The position numbers and the translations under genes are program-made. The notes beneath the pieces are model-generated. The model ran no database searches. It was not told the DNA's origin and was given only the letters and a program-made list of their open reading frames with translations. DNA of 64,000 bases, the filler included, from Hausera hauseri (Eukaryota): the NCBI GenBank assembly GCA_046269625.1. It is 11 parts of 11 records of this genome, joined end to end, with 100 filler letters (N's around TTAATTAATTAA, not from the genome) between each part and the next. Parts side by side here need not be neighbours in the genome. Positions count along the whole stretch, not along the records: positions 24,394 to 31,049 come from JBJURY010077772.1; positions 31,150 to 36,719 come from JBJURY010228740.1; positions 36,820 to 44,837 come from JBJURY010819863.1; 8 more parts are not named here. The stretch is one strand, 5' to 3'. Positions 26,946 through 38,604 of the stretch are shown in pieces (position 1 is the stretch's first letter; every line of letters begins with the position of its first letter).

Positions 26946-28980
26946 TGGTTAATCAGTTTGCTCACTATAATGATGCTAATAAAACAGATGGATGTTGTCA
27001 CTGTCTACGATTGCGGTAGACTTAAGTTAGGACAAAAATACTCATTAATGGACTTAGAAGCGTGTAAAGATGCTAGACCACATAAATTGGAAACAAAGGA
27101 GAAGAATTATTTCCTATACCAACAAGAGTTGATATCTTTGGATGGCATGGAATGTATGCTGAGACAATCTCGCAACATTTTCCACTGTTTACTTATGAAC
27201 GGACATTCTTCAATAATCAAACCAACAACCCATCCGATTCCAATGAATTTGGAAAGACAGCATTGAAAGCAGGCCCGAGAGACCGGAAGATTGAAATGGG
27301 ATAGTATGGAACTAGAAAGGCAGCCCCGAAAGATAATTAGAGCATACAAAATAGTAGTTGGAAGGTTAGATATGCATAACGGGCACTGTAGTGGAGCAGA
27401 ATGACACCGGAAAAGGACTAGAAGCAAACGTAGTAATAGTGGACTTTTACAAATCGGAAATGCGAGTCCAGAAAGTGATGTTCCATAGCGTCACTAAGCT
27501 ATATACAGAGAATCAAAAATGCCACATGCAAGACGGGACCTGCGCTTTCAGAAGTTCTGTCGTCATATGGGAACCACCCGCAGGAAAAGGCTGTAATTTT
27601 ATTAAGATTAAGGAACTAAAATTTATTGAAACTACCGGAAAACAATACGTAGATAAATCCGACATCAGATCAAGAGCACGAGAAGACGTATCAGAGCACC
27701 ATACACCTACGATATTAATCTCGGATCAACACGGGTTAAAATTCATAAAAAAAGAAATGATTTCACGCTGCGAAGTAGTAAAGTTCACCACTAACTACAA
27801 AGTGTTCTTCGTCGCAGAAACGGAGATAAACGCAAAAACACAACTTAGAAACGCAAGATATTAGAGTTGAGAATTATCTAAAAAACCGAGACGATTATTT
27901 TTATTATAAAGGACAAGTCGGGATAGCCGAGCTATATCACAAAATGATAAATAATGACTGCAAAGTAGATACGAAAATTATGAGAACAAAATTAGCCCTC
28001 ATTTATGCAAACCCGGAATTAGCCTCACCAATTATTCCCATGAGAAAAGGAATTTTTGGTCGAGTTACTGGTGAAGTTCTGTTGACCTAAGAATGCGAAA
28101 AAAGAGACGTACCGATCAATGTCGAAGAAAAACGATGAATACAAGAGCTCCCTGTAATCTACCAAAATACTCCACGTCTAGCCATGCCCCTCACTAGTGT
28201 TGCTTGATAATGCAACACAACCAACCATCTTAAAGGATTGTAAAGCAAATCTGGGTGAACCAATTGGGTTAGCTTACCTAATGGAGGTATCACTATAATT
28301 CCTAAAAAACTAACTCGAACAAATTTAGCAAAAGGAATAACTGATGATAAGTTTCAGAATATATCAAAAAGGTATTTACAGGCCTAAAGAAATCGAAGCT
28401 TTCTGACAATTCCTTGCCTTTCCACGACAACGAACACACGAATTAAATCGGGCTATGGCATCAGTAGTTGATGACACTCGATATCAGGCTAAATGGGAAT
28501 CCTTACTTGGTGCAAACCATTACCAACGGGTGATCACAGAAATACTACAAAATATGGGGAAGGTTTTTAATTTTTGGACAAGCTGCATCTGGATTTTTAG
28601 CAATCTGTTTCTTGGTACAACTAATAAAAACAGTAATCCAAGCGGTTATAAATGGGTACGAAATATTCACGCTAACAGGATTTTCCTGCAAGATTTTGAC
28701 CGCAATTATCACCCCGTTTGGTAAAATGCTTAAAGTATACGAAGAAAATCGATGGAAAAATGACGTTAAACGCCATGTCGGCTACTATAATTATAAACGA
28801 CGAGCAAGACCCACATTACTAAAACACAAAGCTAAGAAACCAGCAACACGAAGAAATGACTCCCATGATGACGAGCCTAAGGGAGGAGAAGCAATCCTCA
28901 AACAAAATAGACAAAATGTATTTAGTAATCAAAGCACCTTTGCCTATTATGCCGCCAACGGCTCCAATATACGAAGATTG
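26946..28980 (+). pseudogene. Envelope glycoprotein, chuvirus-like (class III fusogen), copy 1
   Basis: Hydrophobic signal, then VYDC..YSL..C..YQQ..C..FHC..GHSS..ETG, Cys-rich ectodomain, TM region ~28570-28720, cytoplasmic tail. Confidence 0.75.
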
Positions 28981-29389
28981 TAATAGAACATCTATGGTGT
29001 CATAGAAATAGGATTTCTGTCGAGGACCTTTTAGCTATGAGGACCCTTATGAAGGAACAAAACAATACGGAGTGTGAAAAATCAAATCACTAATCAACGA
29101 CGAGCGGAAGATGATCATAGGATATTGTACTCACCGAGAATAGTTCGTAATAGAGACAAGATCGACAGTCTGGGGAACTCAAGGAATGAAATCGCTCCAA
29201 AACCAAATAATACAAGAACCATCAATTAGAAACAACGCAGGTAACGTAGCAATCAACGACTTATACCCTAACGAAGAACTGAAACAGTTGACCGAGAATA
29301 TCATATCATCACCAGAAATAACGATAAACGGACATAAAATTTCTTCAATTAAACGACCAAAGAACGTGTCAAGTTGTTATGGAACAGTT

Positions 29390-29750
29390 ATGGAAGGGAG
29401 ACCTTTCACGAAGGTTACCATAGAAGATTGGGAAGTTTATGCCTTAATCGACACAGGATCGGAAAAAACGTTTATCAAATTAGAATCAATACCGCCGATA
29501 TTACGGAAACAATTACAGCCAGCGTCATCATCAGACCCGGGGAGTATAGGAGCCTTCGGGCAAGAATCCAAACTGAAATTTAAATGGAGTCCTGTAGTTC
29601 AATTAATGGGCCAAATCTTTCGACACGAATTCGCCGTAATGGAGCAACTAACTGATGACTTAGTATTAGGATGTGACATGCTGAAACAATTACCTAATAT
29701 CGCAATAAATTTACAGACTGGGAAACTACTTGAACTCGGACCAGTGAAAG
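29390..29750 (+). CDS. Retropepsin aspartic protease domain
   Basis: GRPFTKVTIEDWEVYALIDTGS..DLVLGCDMLKQL. Confidence 0.9.
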
Positions 29751-30254
29751 GGATTAAAACAATGAAAGAAAGCAAGGAGCAGTATGGATTCCCGTCGACG
29801 AAAATATTCCGCCAAGAAGCGAAATGCTAATTTACGCTCAAATCCGCGAAGAGGACGACCAACTAGTATATTTTGAGCCACAAGACGTTAACCCAAATAT
29901 CATACTTAGTAATATTTTGATAAGAGTAACGAAAGGAAGAGTGCCAATCAGATTAGTAAATAACGCACCAACTCCTGTAAAGTTGTACGCAAATACTACA
30001 TTGGGTCATACTTATAAGGTGTCAGCAATAACAATTGAAGAAAAGCCATATAAATATGCTGAATTTCCACCTCATGTCGAAACGGAATTTTCACCAGAAG
30101 CATATTGTCAATTTTATGAATTATTACGTAAATATAAGTCGATCATCGTCCAAAATGAAGAAAATATAGATAGAGCAAAAACCTTAAAGTTAACTATATC
30201 ATTGAAAAAGAAACCCGGCTCAAATGATGAAATAGATTTAGAAGAGCAAAAGAT

Positions 30255-30910
30255 GCCAAAATGGTACCCACCGCCTCATTCCTTAAGGCCCGAAATAACA
30301 AAAGAGGTAGAACGTATGTTGAAAGCCGACATAATACGACCAAGTTATCGATCTTGGTACTCACTAATACTCATGGTCAAGACAAAAGGTACCACTAAAC
30401 ATCGATTCTGTATAGATTAAAAAGCCCTAAATACGCTTATGATGAAAGATTCATTTCCGCTACCGTCAGTAAAAGAAGCTCTAGACAGATTATCGAGAGC
30501 AAAATGGTTTACCACACTGGATTTACAATCCGGATACTGGCAAGTAGAAATTGAAGATGATCGTTATAAAACGGCATTCAAGGCACATGATGGACTGTAT
30601 GAATTGAATGTCATGCCGTTGGGTATAACAACTGGCTCAGCTATCTTCACAAGAATGATGAATAAAATGCTAATGGGACTCGATCATGCGTTCGCATATT
30701 TAGACGATGTAATGATAGCATCAAGGACAGAAGAGGAACACTTAAAGGACATCGAAGACACTCTTATGCGGTTGGAACAAGCAGGATTGAAACTGAACCC
30801 AAAAAAATGTAAATGGGCTCAAAATGCTGTATCTTATCTCGGACATATAGTCGGAGAAGGAGGGTCAAAACCAGATAAATCTTTACTAAACAAAATATCG
30901 GATTGTATGT
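30255..30910 (+). pseudogene. Gypsy reverse transcriptase domain
   Basis: RFCID*KALN, DSFPLP, LDLQSGYWQV, KTAF, MPLG, AYLDDVMI, KCKW..YLGH. Confidence 0.92.
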
Positions 30911-31149
30911 GTGAGGAGGAATTCAGGCAGCCAATATAAAGTGAGGAAATTCATAAGAGGAGGAAAATAAGGTTCATTTACTGATTGAATTGAGTGAAAT
31001 GTTATATCAACTTTTACAATAAAAACCTTATGGAAAATTCTACTTTACANNNNNNNNNNNNNNNNNNNNNNNNNNNNNNNNNNNNNNNNNNNNTTAATTA
31101 ATTAANNNNNNNNNNNNNNNNNNNNNNNNNNNNNNNNNNNNNNNNNNNN

Positions 31150-32545
31150 AAATTATGTATTTGTTATACCTTTGACAACGAAAACAACAAAACTATGCTT
31201 CAACTTAATTAGCACAATTAATCCATTCAACCATAAATGGTGTCAGAAAAATTCGTGGCAATCGGATGTGGATATTATCAACAAGGTAATGTTAGTATTC
31301 CTATCCAGTTTAAATTTTAAAAATTATTACAATATTTTTAAGTTTGTATCTACTAATCCTCATATTTTCCTTTTGTTCCATGTTGTTGTACATAGCCGCA
31401 TTATCGCTTTTGTCTTCATTTAACGCGCCAGAGTACATTGATTTTATAACGTCAAAGGACTACATGGAGTCGTGGAATTTGAAAATCGACGCAGAACCAT
31501 TGACTTTAAGTGTAAGAGATGTAAACCCGTATAATGTATCATTTGGCGGGCGAGTCATTAATACGAAAGCGAAGCATGATCGGAAGTTTGGTCAAGTTCG
31601 ATTCGATGTTACCAGAGGTACTAATCATAGAATTGTGGTTATTGTCGCTGAAACAAATTCAAACCATTTTACAAAATTTATTGAAGATGTTCAGAGAGAT
31701 TATCAAATTGGGAGTTAGTTCTTCGGTCGAAATACTTATTTCCTGTCGAAGCAATGAAATTGCAGACGTTTTAAGCGAGCAAATCTAGGTTAATAAAATC
31801 CATATTGCGTTGATATTTAATAATGATGACAGAGCTTACAGTCGAGTTAAAGCTTTCACCATTAACACAAGTTTGTTGACTCAGTGTGTCACCCATAGAA
31901 ATGGCACTAATCGTGATAAGCGAAAACGTAAGGTTGTTGCTGATAAAACCGTAATGCAAATGTTTGCTAAAATTAGTTATAATCCGTGGGGCATTGATTT
32001 AAAACTTAGTCTGACTTTTTGTTTGTTTAGACACATTCCACAGTAAGACTGGTAGGAGATCGGTTTAATCTTCAGTTTTTCCTACCAGTACAAAGTTCAC
32101 TCAATATATTAGCTTCGTTAATATGACTAAGGACAAAATTGAATACCACGATTCGTTGAACGGAAATTTCGCAGCGACAATTAAGTGTTTAAAAGATAAG
32201 TTTAACATTTTGCTTCAAAGGTACATGATCTGTCATGATGATGCTGGCGATTCTCCGTCGTATTTTATCAAACTGCATAAAACTGAAGCAGTTTTAAAGA
32301 TTATTGAAAATATCTATGAGGGTGAAAACTTGCCGGAGATTATTTTTGTTGTCGTTAAAAAGCGTATTAGTGTGAAGTTCTTCAAAGATGGTGGAAATGC
32401 AAATGCTGGGACACTTGTCGATGAGAGGATAGTCAAGCCGCATTATTATGAGTTTTATTTGGTGTCTAAAAACACAACAAAGGGTACTGCATCGCCTATC
32501 AATTATAATGTTTTGATGAATACTATGTTAGAATTACAAAAATAT
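31150..32545 (+). pseudogene. piwi: Piwi-clade Argonaute fragment (MID-PIWI), decayed and 3'-truncated
   Basis: LTQCV..QMFAKISYNPWGI, IIFVVVKKRISVKFF, GTLVDERIVKPHYYEFYLVS, GTASPINYNVL; stops and frameshifts. Confidence 0.85.
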
Positions 32546-32559
32546 TGTACCCTTACCTT

Positions 32560-35500
32560 TCTTACCAAAGACGTCGAAGAACCAATTCCGCATAATCTTA
32601 GAAAATCATTGCATGCGGCGAATTCGGTCACCCCAAAGTTTGAGATTCGCTGCGGCGAGGCTGAACGTTTGGCCTCCCACCCTATACCATTGGGCCAGAT
32701 GGAACCGTTTGCCGACGCTTCACGACACGCCCATGGCTACACGATCACACCGTATTCCCTCTTCTTTTTTTAAATAACAAACATTTTTACACAACGGCAT
32801 TAACGCACTTAAACACTGCAGCTATCTACAACGTCATCTCCACTTTTCTTTGATCATCTGACTTTTACATCACGCACAATGGCTGCACAGTACCTATCGC
32901 CGGAACCCTACAATCTTTTTGAACTTATACCCATCTCCACATACACTTCCGCATCCGTGATGGCATAAATTTGTCGCCAACCATCGACACAACGGATAAA
33001 ACCGCCTCGAAACCAAAATCTGTTAAACGGCTTCAAAAATCCACCCCTACCTCTGCCAATAATTTTTCACATGCTACACCTTCCACTCCTTTCCCTCACT
33101 GCACCGAATTCTTTACTGACAACCAAGGCTTCAGCAAAACTTGGTTGCAATTCCACCAATTGTGGCTACAAGCAAACAATATCACCGATTCCTTAACCAA
33201 ACCACACAATCTACTCTTCTTACTCCCTAACAACATTGAAACACAAATTCACAACATTCGCGAAATCTTTGAACTTCCTGACCCATATTCACAACTTTCA
33301 ATGGTGTTCTCTAGATCACAGAACTCTCAGTGGACGCGATCATACAACGCTTCTTTCACGACAATGCTACAGGCACACAACGACCATCAGACCTTTTACG
33401 CACCTCTTTAGCACATCTATAAACCCTTGGCGTCACTAAGAGCACAATCCAGAACTACTGCGCCACTACTTCCTCAACGCGTTACCCATCCAAATTCGGA
33501 TCCTACTTACCATGGTGCAGAACTCCACGGCTTTTGAGAAATTGGCCGAATTAGCCGATAGAACACACGACATCCTACACTTAAATTCCCCACCAGTCGT
33601 TTCGGCGGCAGTTGCCACTACCAGTATACAAAACAACAATACATCAATAGAGTAACAACTAAGTCAGTTACGTGCCAAAAATACAGCACTACAAGCAACA
33701 ATTAACAATATAAACAACAAATTAAACGAACTTTCCCTGTCCCGGCGAAGGGATTTTGTTGCTGACCGCGCCCATTCTGCATCTAAAAACCGGTCACCAT
33801 CGCCTGCGCGGTCATCTATTTGCTACAACCACAGCATATTCAATAAGAATGCCAAGAAATGCTGCCTAGGGTGCAAATTTTATAATAAAAGTTTTTCTTC
33901 ATACATCGTTGTTTGCATTTACCATGCAAAGTTTTAAAATCAAGCCCGTAAATGCATTCCAGGCTGCACTTTCAAACCAGATACGAACGACGGACGTGCT
34001 ACCTTTTCTTATAATAGCCGTCCTAGTTCACCTTTTCAAAAAAACTAAATTTTCCACCAGAAGTCACGGAAACTCTGGGAAAGACACTACTACACTTTCT
34101 GAATGCCGACACGCCTCCTTCGCTGTTTTTACTATAAAGGCTGCAATCGCTGCTGCTACAACGCAATCCGTTGATTTCCTCATTGATACAGGTGCAGCAA
34201 TTTCTTTATTACTACAAACCTTTCCTGTACAAAATTCACCATTCAGAATTAAACCCTTGTACACCGCTTCAGGTCAATCGCTGCACATTTCTGGCATGTC
34301 TAAGCTATCTTTTATTATACCAAAATTTCCTTCACCTTTGCACTGGACGTACGCAGTTGCTAACGTCCAGACGGCAATCCTAGGGTCTGATTTTCTATCG
34401 CATTAGGACTTATTGGTTGACTGGAATCAACGATGTCTGAAGAGCAGCATCACTGGCAGCATTGCTGAGCATATCAATAGCATTTCGACTACTGCGCAAT
34501 CGATAGAGACGCGGAGATCAATTTTGAGAAAACCAAAAACTACTTTGAATTTTCCTAATATTTTACTCCGTAAATTTTTAAATAATAATACTGATATTCA
34601 ATCGAAGTTCAACGTCGCTAATTGTGGTACTGTCACCAACCTTAATTCACTCGACGAAATTACTTCATAAAACACCATTTTTAATTCGACTATCTTACAC
34701 CAAATACCACTTGACTGCACATTATTAAACCATTTGCAAATCGCATCCGCTACTACTCAAGCTGTTTTACCATCACAGTTGCTTATAACTTTACAGCAAT
34801 TCGTTACCACATTATGTCCACGAGTACTTAAAAAAGATCGTTCGTTTACCCCTGAAAACAGCACTGTACATGACATAATTACACATCATCAACGATCAAT
34901 ACGCCAGAAGGTACGACCACTGTCATGTCGTCGTAGACAGGCCGTAGAAACCGAATTTCTTGAACTTGAACACTCCGGCATTGTATGCCGTTCCAAATCT
35001 CTTTGGTTGTCAACTTTACACGTTGTACAAAAAGGACGGCACTTTTAGACCATGCGGTGACTACATACAGTTGAACAATTTGACCGCCATGGATGCGTAC
35101 CCATTACCACTTATCAGGGATATCTTGCATCGCCTTAATTCAACTATCATTTATTCGACTATCGATTTTGCCAAAGCATACCACCAAATACCGGTGGCAC
35201 GGGAAGATATAGAAAAAACTGCTGTCACTACTCCTTTTGGCCTCTACAAGTACCTGTTTATGCCTTTCGGTTTGCGAAATTCTGCACAGACCTTTCAGCG
35301 ACATATTGATTCGATTCTCTCAGATTTCCCGTTTGCGCACCCTTACATTGATGATATTCTGATCGTTTCGTCTTCCGTCAAACAACACGAGAAACACCTT
35401 CGCGCAATATTCCAACGCCTTGACCATCATAATCTCCAAGTCAATTTTGACAAATGCCATTTCTTCAAAAAGCGCATCAACTTTTTGGGTCACGTTATTT

Positions 35501-36719
35501 CACCAGACGGCCACTCTCCTCAACCCGACCGAGTTGAAGCCCTTAAAAATATCCAGTTACCACATACGACCACCGAAATGCGCAACTTCCTTGGTACACT
35601 ACACTTTGTACATAAATATGTACCATATTGCTCTGAATTGACAGCACCATTTGCACACTTAAGCGATGGCAAAACACATCAGCCAATCTAGTGGACACAT
35701 GAGTTGGTTGAAAAGTTTGATAAGCTACGCTAAGGAATTAAGACCGTCGACATTCTCGCTTTCCCCAAGCCCGATGCAGAAATCATCCTTACCACAGAGG
35801 CTTCAACCACTGCAGTAGGTGCTGTGCTTCACCAAATCTACAAAGGAGAAAATGAACCGCTAGAATTTTTCTCTCGTAAGATAACATCCCCTGAAACCAG
35901 ATATTCAACGTTCGATCGAGAGTTATTGGCCATCGTTATCGCTTTAAAGCATTTCTTCCACCTACTTGTCGCCCGCCATTTTACTATACAAACCTATCAC
36001 AAGCCCTTACTTAGCGTCATGGCTATGAAACATCCATCCACACGCCAAGAACGACAGATATCATACTTATCGACATTTAACTTCGACATAAAACATATTA
36101 ACGGGGTCAATAATTTGGTTGCCGTTTTTTTATCTAGGTCGGTTAGTTCGATTAATTTTAACCGATTTTTACGCAAGCTCAACTTCAACAGAACCAGCCA
36201 CCTCAGGACACACTTAATTCTTTCAAGTCTTGCACGATTGTTGACGATGTGGCTTTAAACACTTCCAAACCAGGTCATTTTTTAATAATCCTTGCACCAC
36301 CGTTGCAAAGGCAAACATTTAATAGTGTACATTCGCTACACCACCCTGGTTCTAAAGCCACTTTTCGTTTACTCCATTGACAAGTAATTTGGTCGTCAAT
36401 GCGTTCTGATGTGCGGGCATGGGTTAAGGAGTGTGTGGCTTGCCAAAAATACAAAACAACTAAGCATTTAAAGCCACCACTGTTCCACCTTCCCTGCACA
36501 TCGCGTTTTGAATCCGTGCATATTGACATCGTCGGCCCCCTTCCTTCAGACAACGGTCATCAATTCATTCTCACCATGATGGACCGTTCCTCGCGATGGC
36601 CAGAAGCCATCCCTCTGCGCAGCACTAATACAGACACCATAACTGACGTTTTTATTCGCACATGGATTAGCAGGTTTGGATCACCTCGCTTCATCATCAC
36701 GGACCAAGGTCCACAATTT
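32560..36719 (+). mobile_element. Ty3/Gypsy element (family B): UBL-gag-PR-RT-RH-IN, decayed
   Basis: FLIDTGA, RPCGDY, DFAKAYHQI, YIDDILI, RNaseH TEAS..YSTFDRELLA..HKPL, integrase H..HPG..CVAC, HIDIVGPLP, TDQGPQF. Confidence 0.93.
32740..32964 (+). pseudogene. Ubiquitin-like leader in frame with gag (ends HLHIHFRIRDG)
   Basis: Homologous to 53029-53271; same frame as gag ORF 32971-33411; two internal stops. Confidence 0.55.
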
Positions 36720-36955
36720 NNNNNNNNNNNNNNNNNNNNNNNNNNNNNNNNNNNNNNNNNNNNTTAATTAATTAANNNNNNNNNNNNNNNNNNNNNNNNN
36801 NNNNNNNNNNNNNNNNNNNCGAAATCCCCAATCTAGGTAAAGAAACCATCATGCACTGGACATTAGTCCCCGTGAATTACGACCCTAGAAAAAGTTTGAT
36901 CAATACTTAACAAAACGAATTATATGGTTATCTGTACTCCGACCAAGATGGTTTA

Positions 36956-37264
36956 GTGCTCGAACAAATACAAATAGTATCCAAAGTCGATTTAGATGGT
37001 GACGAGAACACAAACGAAAACAAAAATATCTTCCCAGTGTGTAGCGAAAATATCTGGCAAGGACACGTTAAATTGGATAATCAAGAGTGTAGGCACAAAT
37101 ATTGTCGTACATGTCTAGAGACGTGGATGTTGGATAATGGGAAAACAACGTATCCAGTGTGCCGAGCGAAAGCAAATGGTCTAAAATATTTTTCAAATGG
37201 CGAATACAATAGATCTATTCCGATCATGACTCAACCCAGCACTAGAGGCGGATGCAGTCAATGA
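36956..37264 (+). CDS. RING-finger (C3HC4-like) ORF at the 3' end of an LTR element
   Basis: (C>F)PVC..CRHKYCRTCLETW..(C>Y)PVCR, just upstream of PPT and LTR; two Cys substituted. Confidence 0.7.
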   Translation: MLEQIQIVSKVDLDGDENTNENKNIFPVCSENIWQGHVKLDNQECRHKYCRTCLETWMLDNGKTTYPVCRAKANGLKYFSNGEYNRSIPIMTQPSTRGGCSQ

Positions 37265-37356
37265 CAGTAATCTCCGGGGTAGACTGGATCTACTGCGCCG
37301 ACAATAAATAGACTCCACCTCTCCTGACGCAATAGGCACATAGGAGGTGGAGTTCA

Positions 37357-37366
37357 GGGAGGAGAA
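37357..37366 (+). promoter_or_regulatory. Polypurine tract
   Basis: GGGAGGAGAA immediately before the LTR start. Confidence 0.65.
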
Positions 37367-37367
37367 T

Positions 37368-38209
37368 TGTTACAGAGTGTGAATGCTATAGTATATTGCT
37401 ATGGAATGTAAATACTATAAAGTAATATGGTAGCAATTATTTGGTATGTATACAGATAAATTGGAATATTTAACAATTAATCGGAATTGATAATGATGTA
37501 ACTATGATTACATAGTTAATTGATGATAGAAAATTGATAAAAATGCACGACAGTTAATTATCAGTCGAAATAATGAAATGAAAATATGTAAATAATCAAG
37601 TGAAAATGACGTAATCGTAAAAACAGTATAGTATATATAGCGACGGATTTCAGTAGTAAGGGACACAGAAATTTTGGAATTGATCTCCAGTGCAAGCGAT
37701 TCAAAGCTATTGAAGCGACAAATTCTTCGGAGAAATCAGACGAACTTGGATTAGTATCCAGTACGAAAGAGATACGAAACGATTGATTGACAGATTCGTT
37801 AGTGAATTTAGAAACGAGAGAAATATTGAAATTCGAAAGCAGTTTTCTTGAAATTATTCGACAGTGATCGAAAGGTTCAATGGACGTGATTGTCATCGGT
37901 ATTAATTATATTTTTTGTGTTTAACAGTCTGAAATTTTTTATATAGTTTCCATCGATCCTTAAGATGGATTAGACTACCCTAAGCTTCTAAAATCTAAGT
38001 TACCTTGTATAGTTAGGAGAGAACTACGATTAACTTGACGCATCAGAAACGCACGCAGTACCTGCACGAATTAATATAATTTTCTAATAAAGTCTACAAG
38101 GTACATCCTGATTTGCCGAGAACGGTAAACCGTACCTGCTAAAAATAAATTTACGATAAACTATTGTTAGATAGTGGGAGACGATTAGGGCCCAACCCGA
38201 AATCTAACA
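37368..38209 (+). repeat. LTR (~840 bp)
   Basis: Inverted termini TGTTA...TAACA, preceded by a PPT and followed by a PBS; AATAAA signals inside. Confidence 0.8.
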
Positions 38210-38211
38210 TT

Positions 38212-38228
38212 TGGGGACCCTAGCAGGA
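38212..38228 (+). promoter_or_regulatory. Primer binding site
   Basis: TGGGGACCCTAGCAGGA 2 nt after LTR end, complementary to a tRNA-type 3' end (TCC...CCA); tRNA not identified. Confidence 0.7.
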
Positions 38229-38604
38229 CAGTTTGTGCCTCGCTAGACTATTACTTCAACTCAGAGTTAATTAAACGACACACCCGCGATTAGCGCATCA
38301 CACCAATTAATTGAATCGACTAGGATATAAAATTAGGGATATAAGGTCCTATATTAAATAAGTGGGTTTTAAAAGCACAATTAATGACAGACATAGTAGA
38401 TAAGAATATTTAAACTTAAACGGTAAAGGAAATATAAACCAAAGACAAACGCGTAGCAAAGTAATAGTAAATTCAAGTGAAAAACACGCACTATCTGGAT
38501 CACGTGAAAATTTAACTAACTTATTACAGATAAAATTTAAAACTCCAATTAAACCAATCGACCAACATAAAGTAGAAAATGGAATAGACGTGAACCGGAA
38601 TAAA

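Larger units (their letters stand above)
24394..30910 (+). mobile_element. Ty3/Gypsy element copy 1: coiled coil - UBL - AT-hook - glycoprotein - PR - RT
   Basis: PR ALIDTGS, RT LDLQSGYWQV and YLDD; colinear with 38605-44837 and 55065-59702. Confidence 0.92.

Noticed and set aside
32527-32830. TGTTAG..CA as the 5' LTR of family-B Gypsy
   Set aside because: No PBS follows, and the 3' part encodes the UBL leader homologous to 53029-53271
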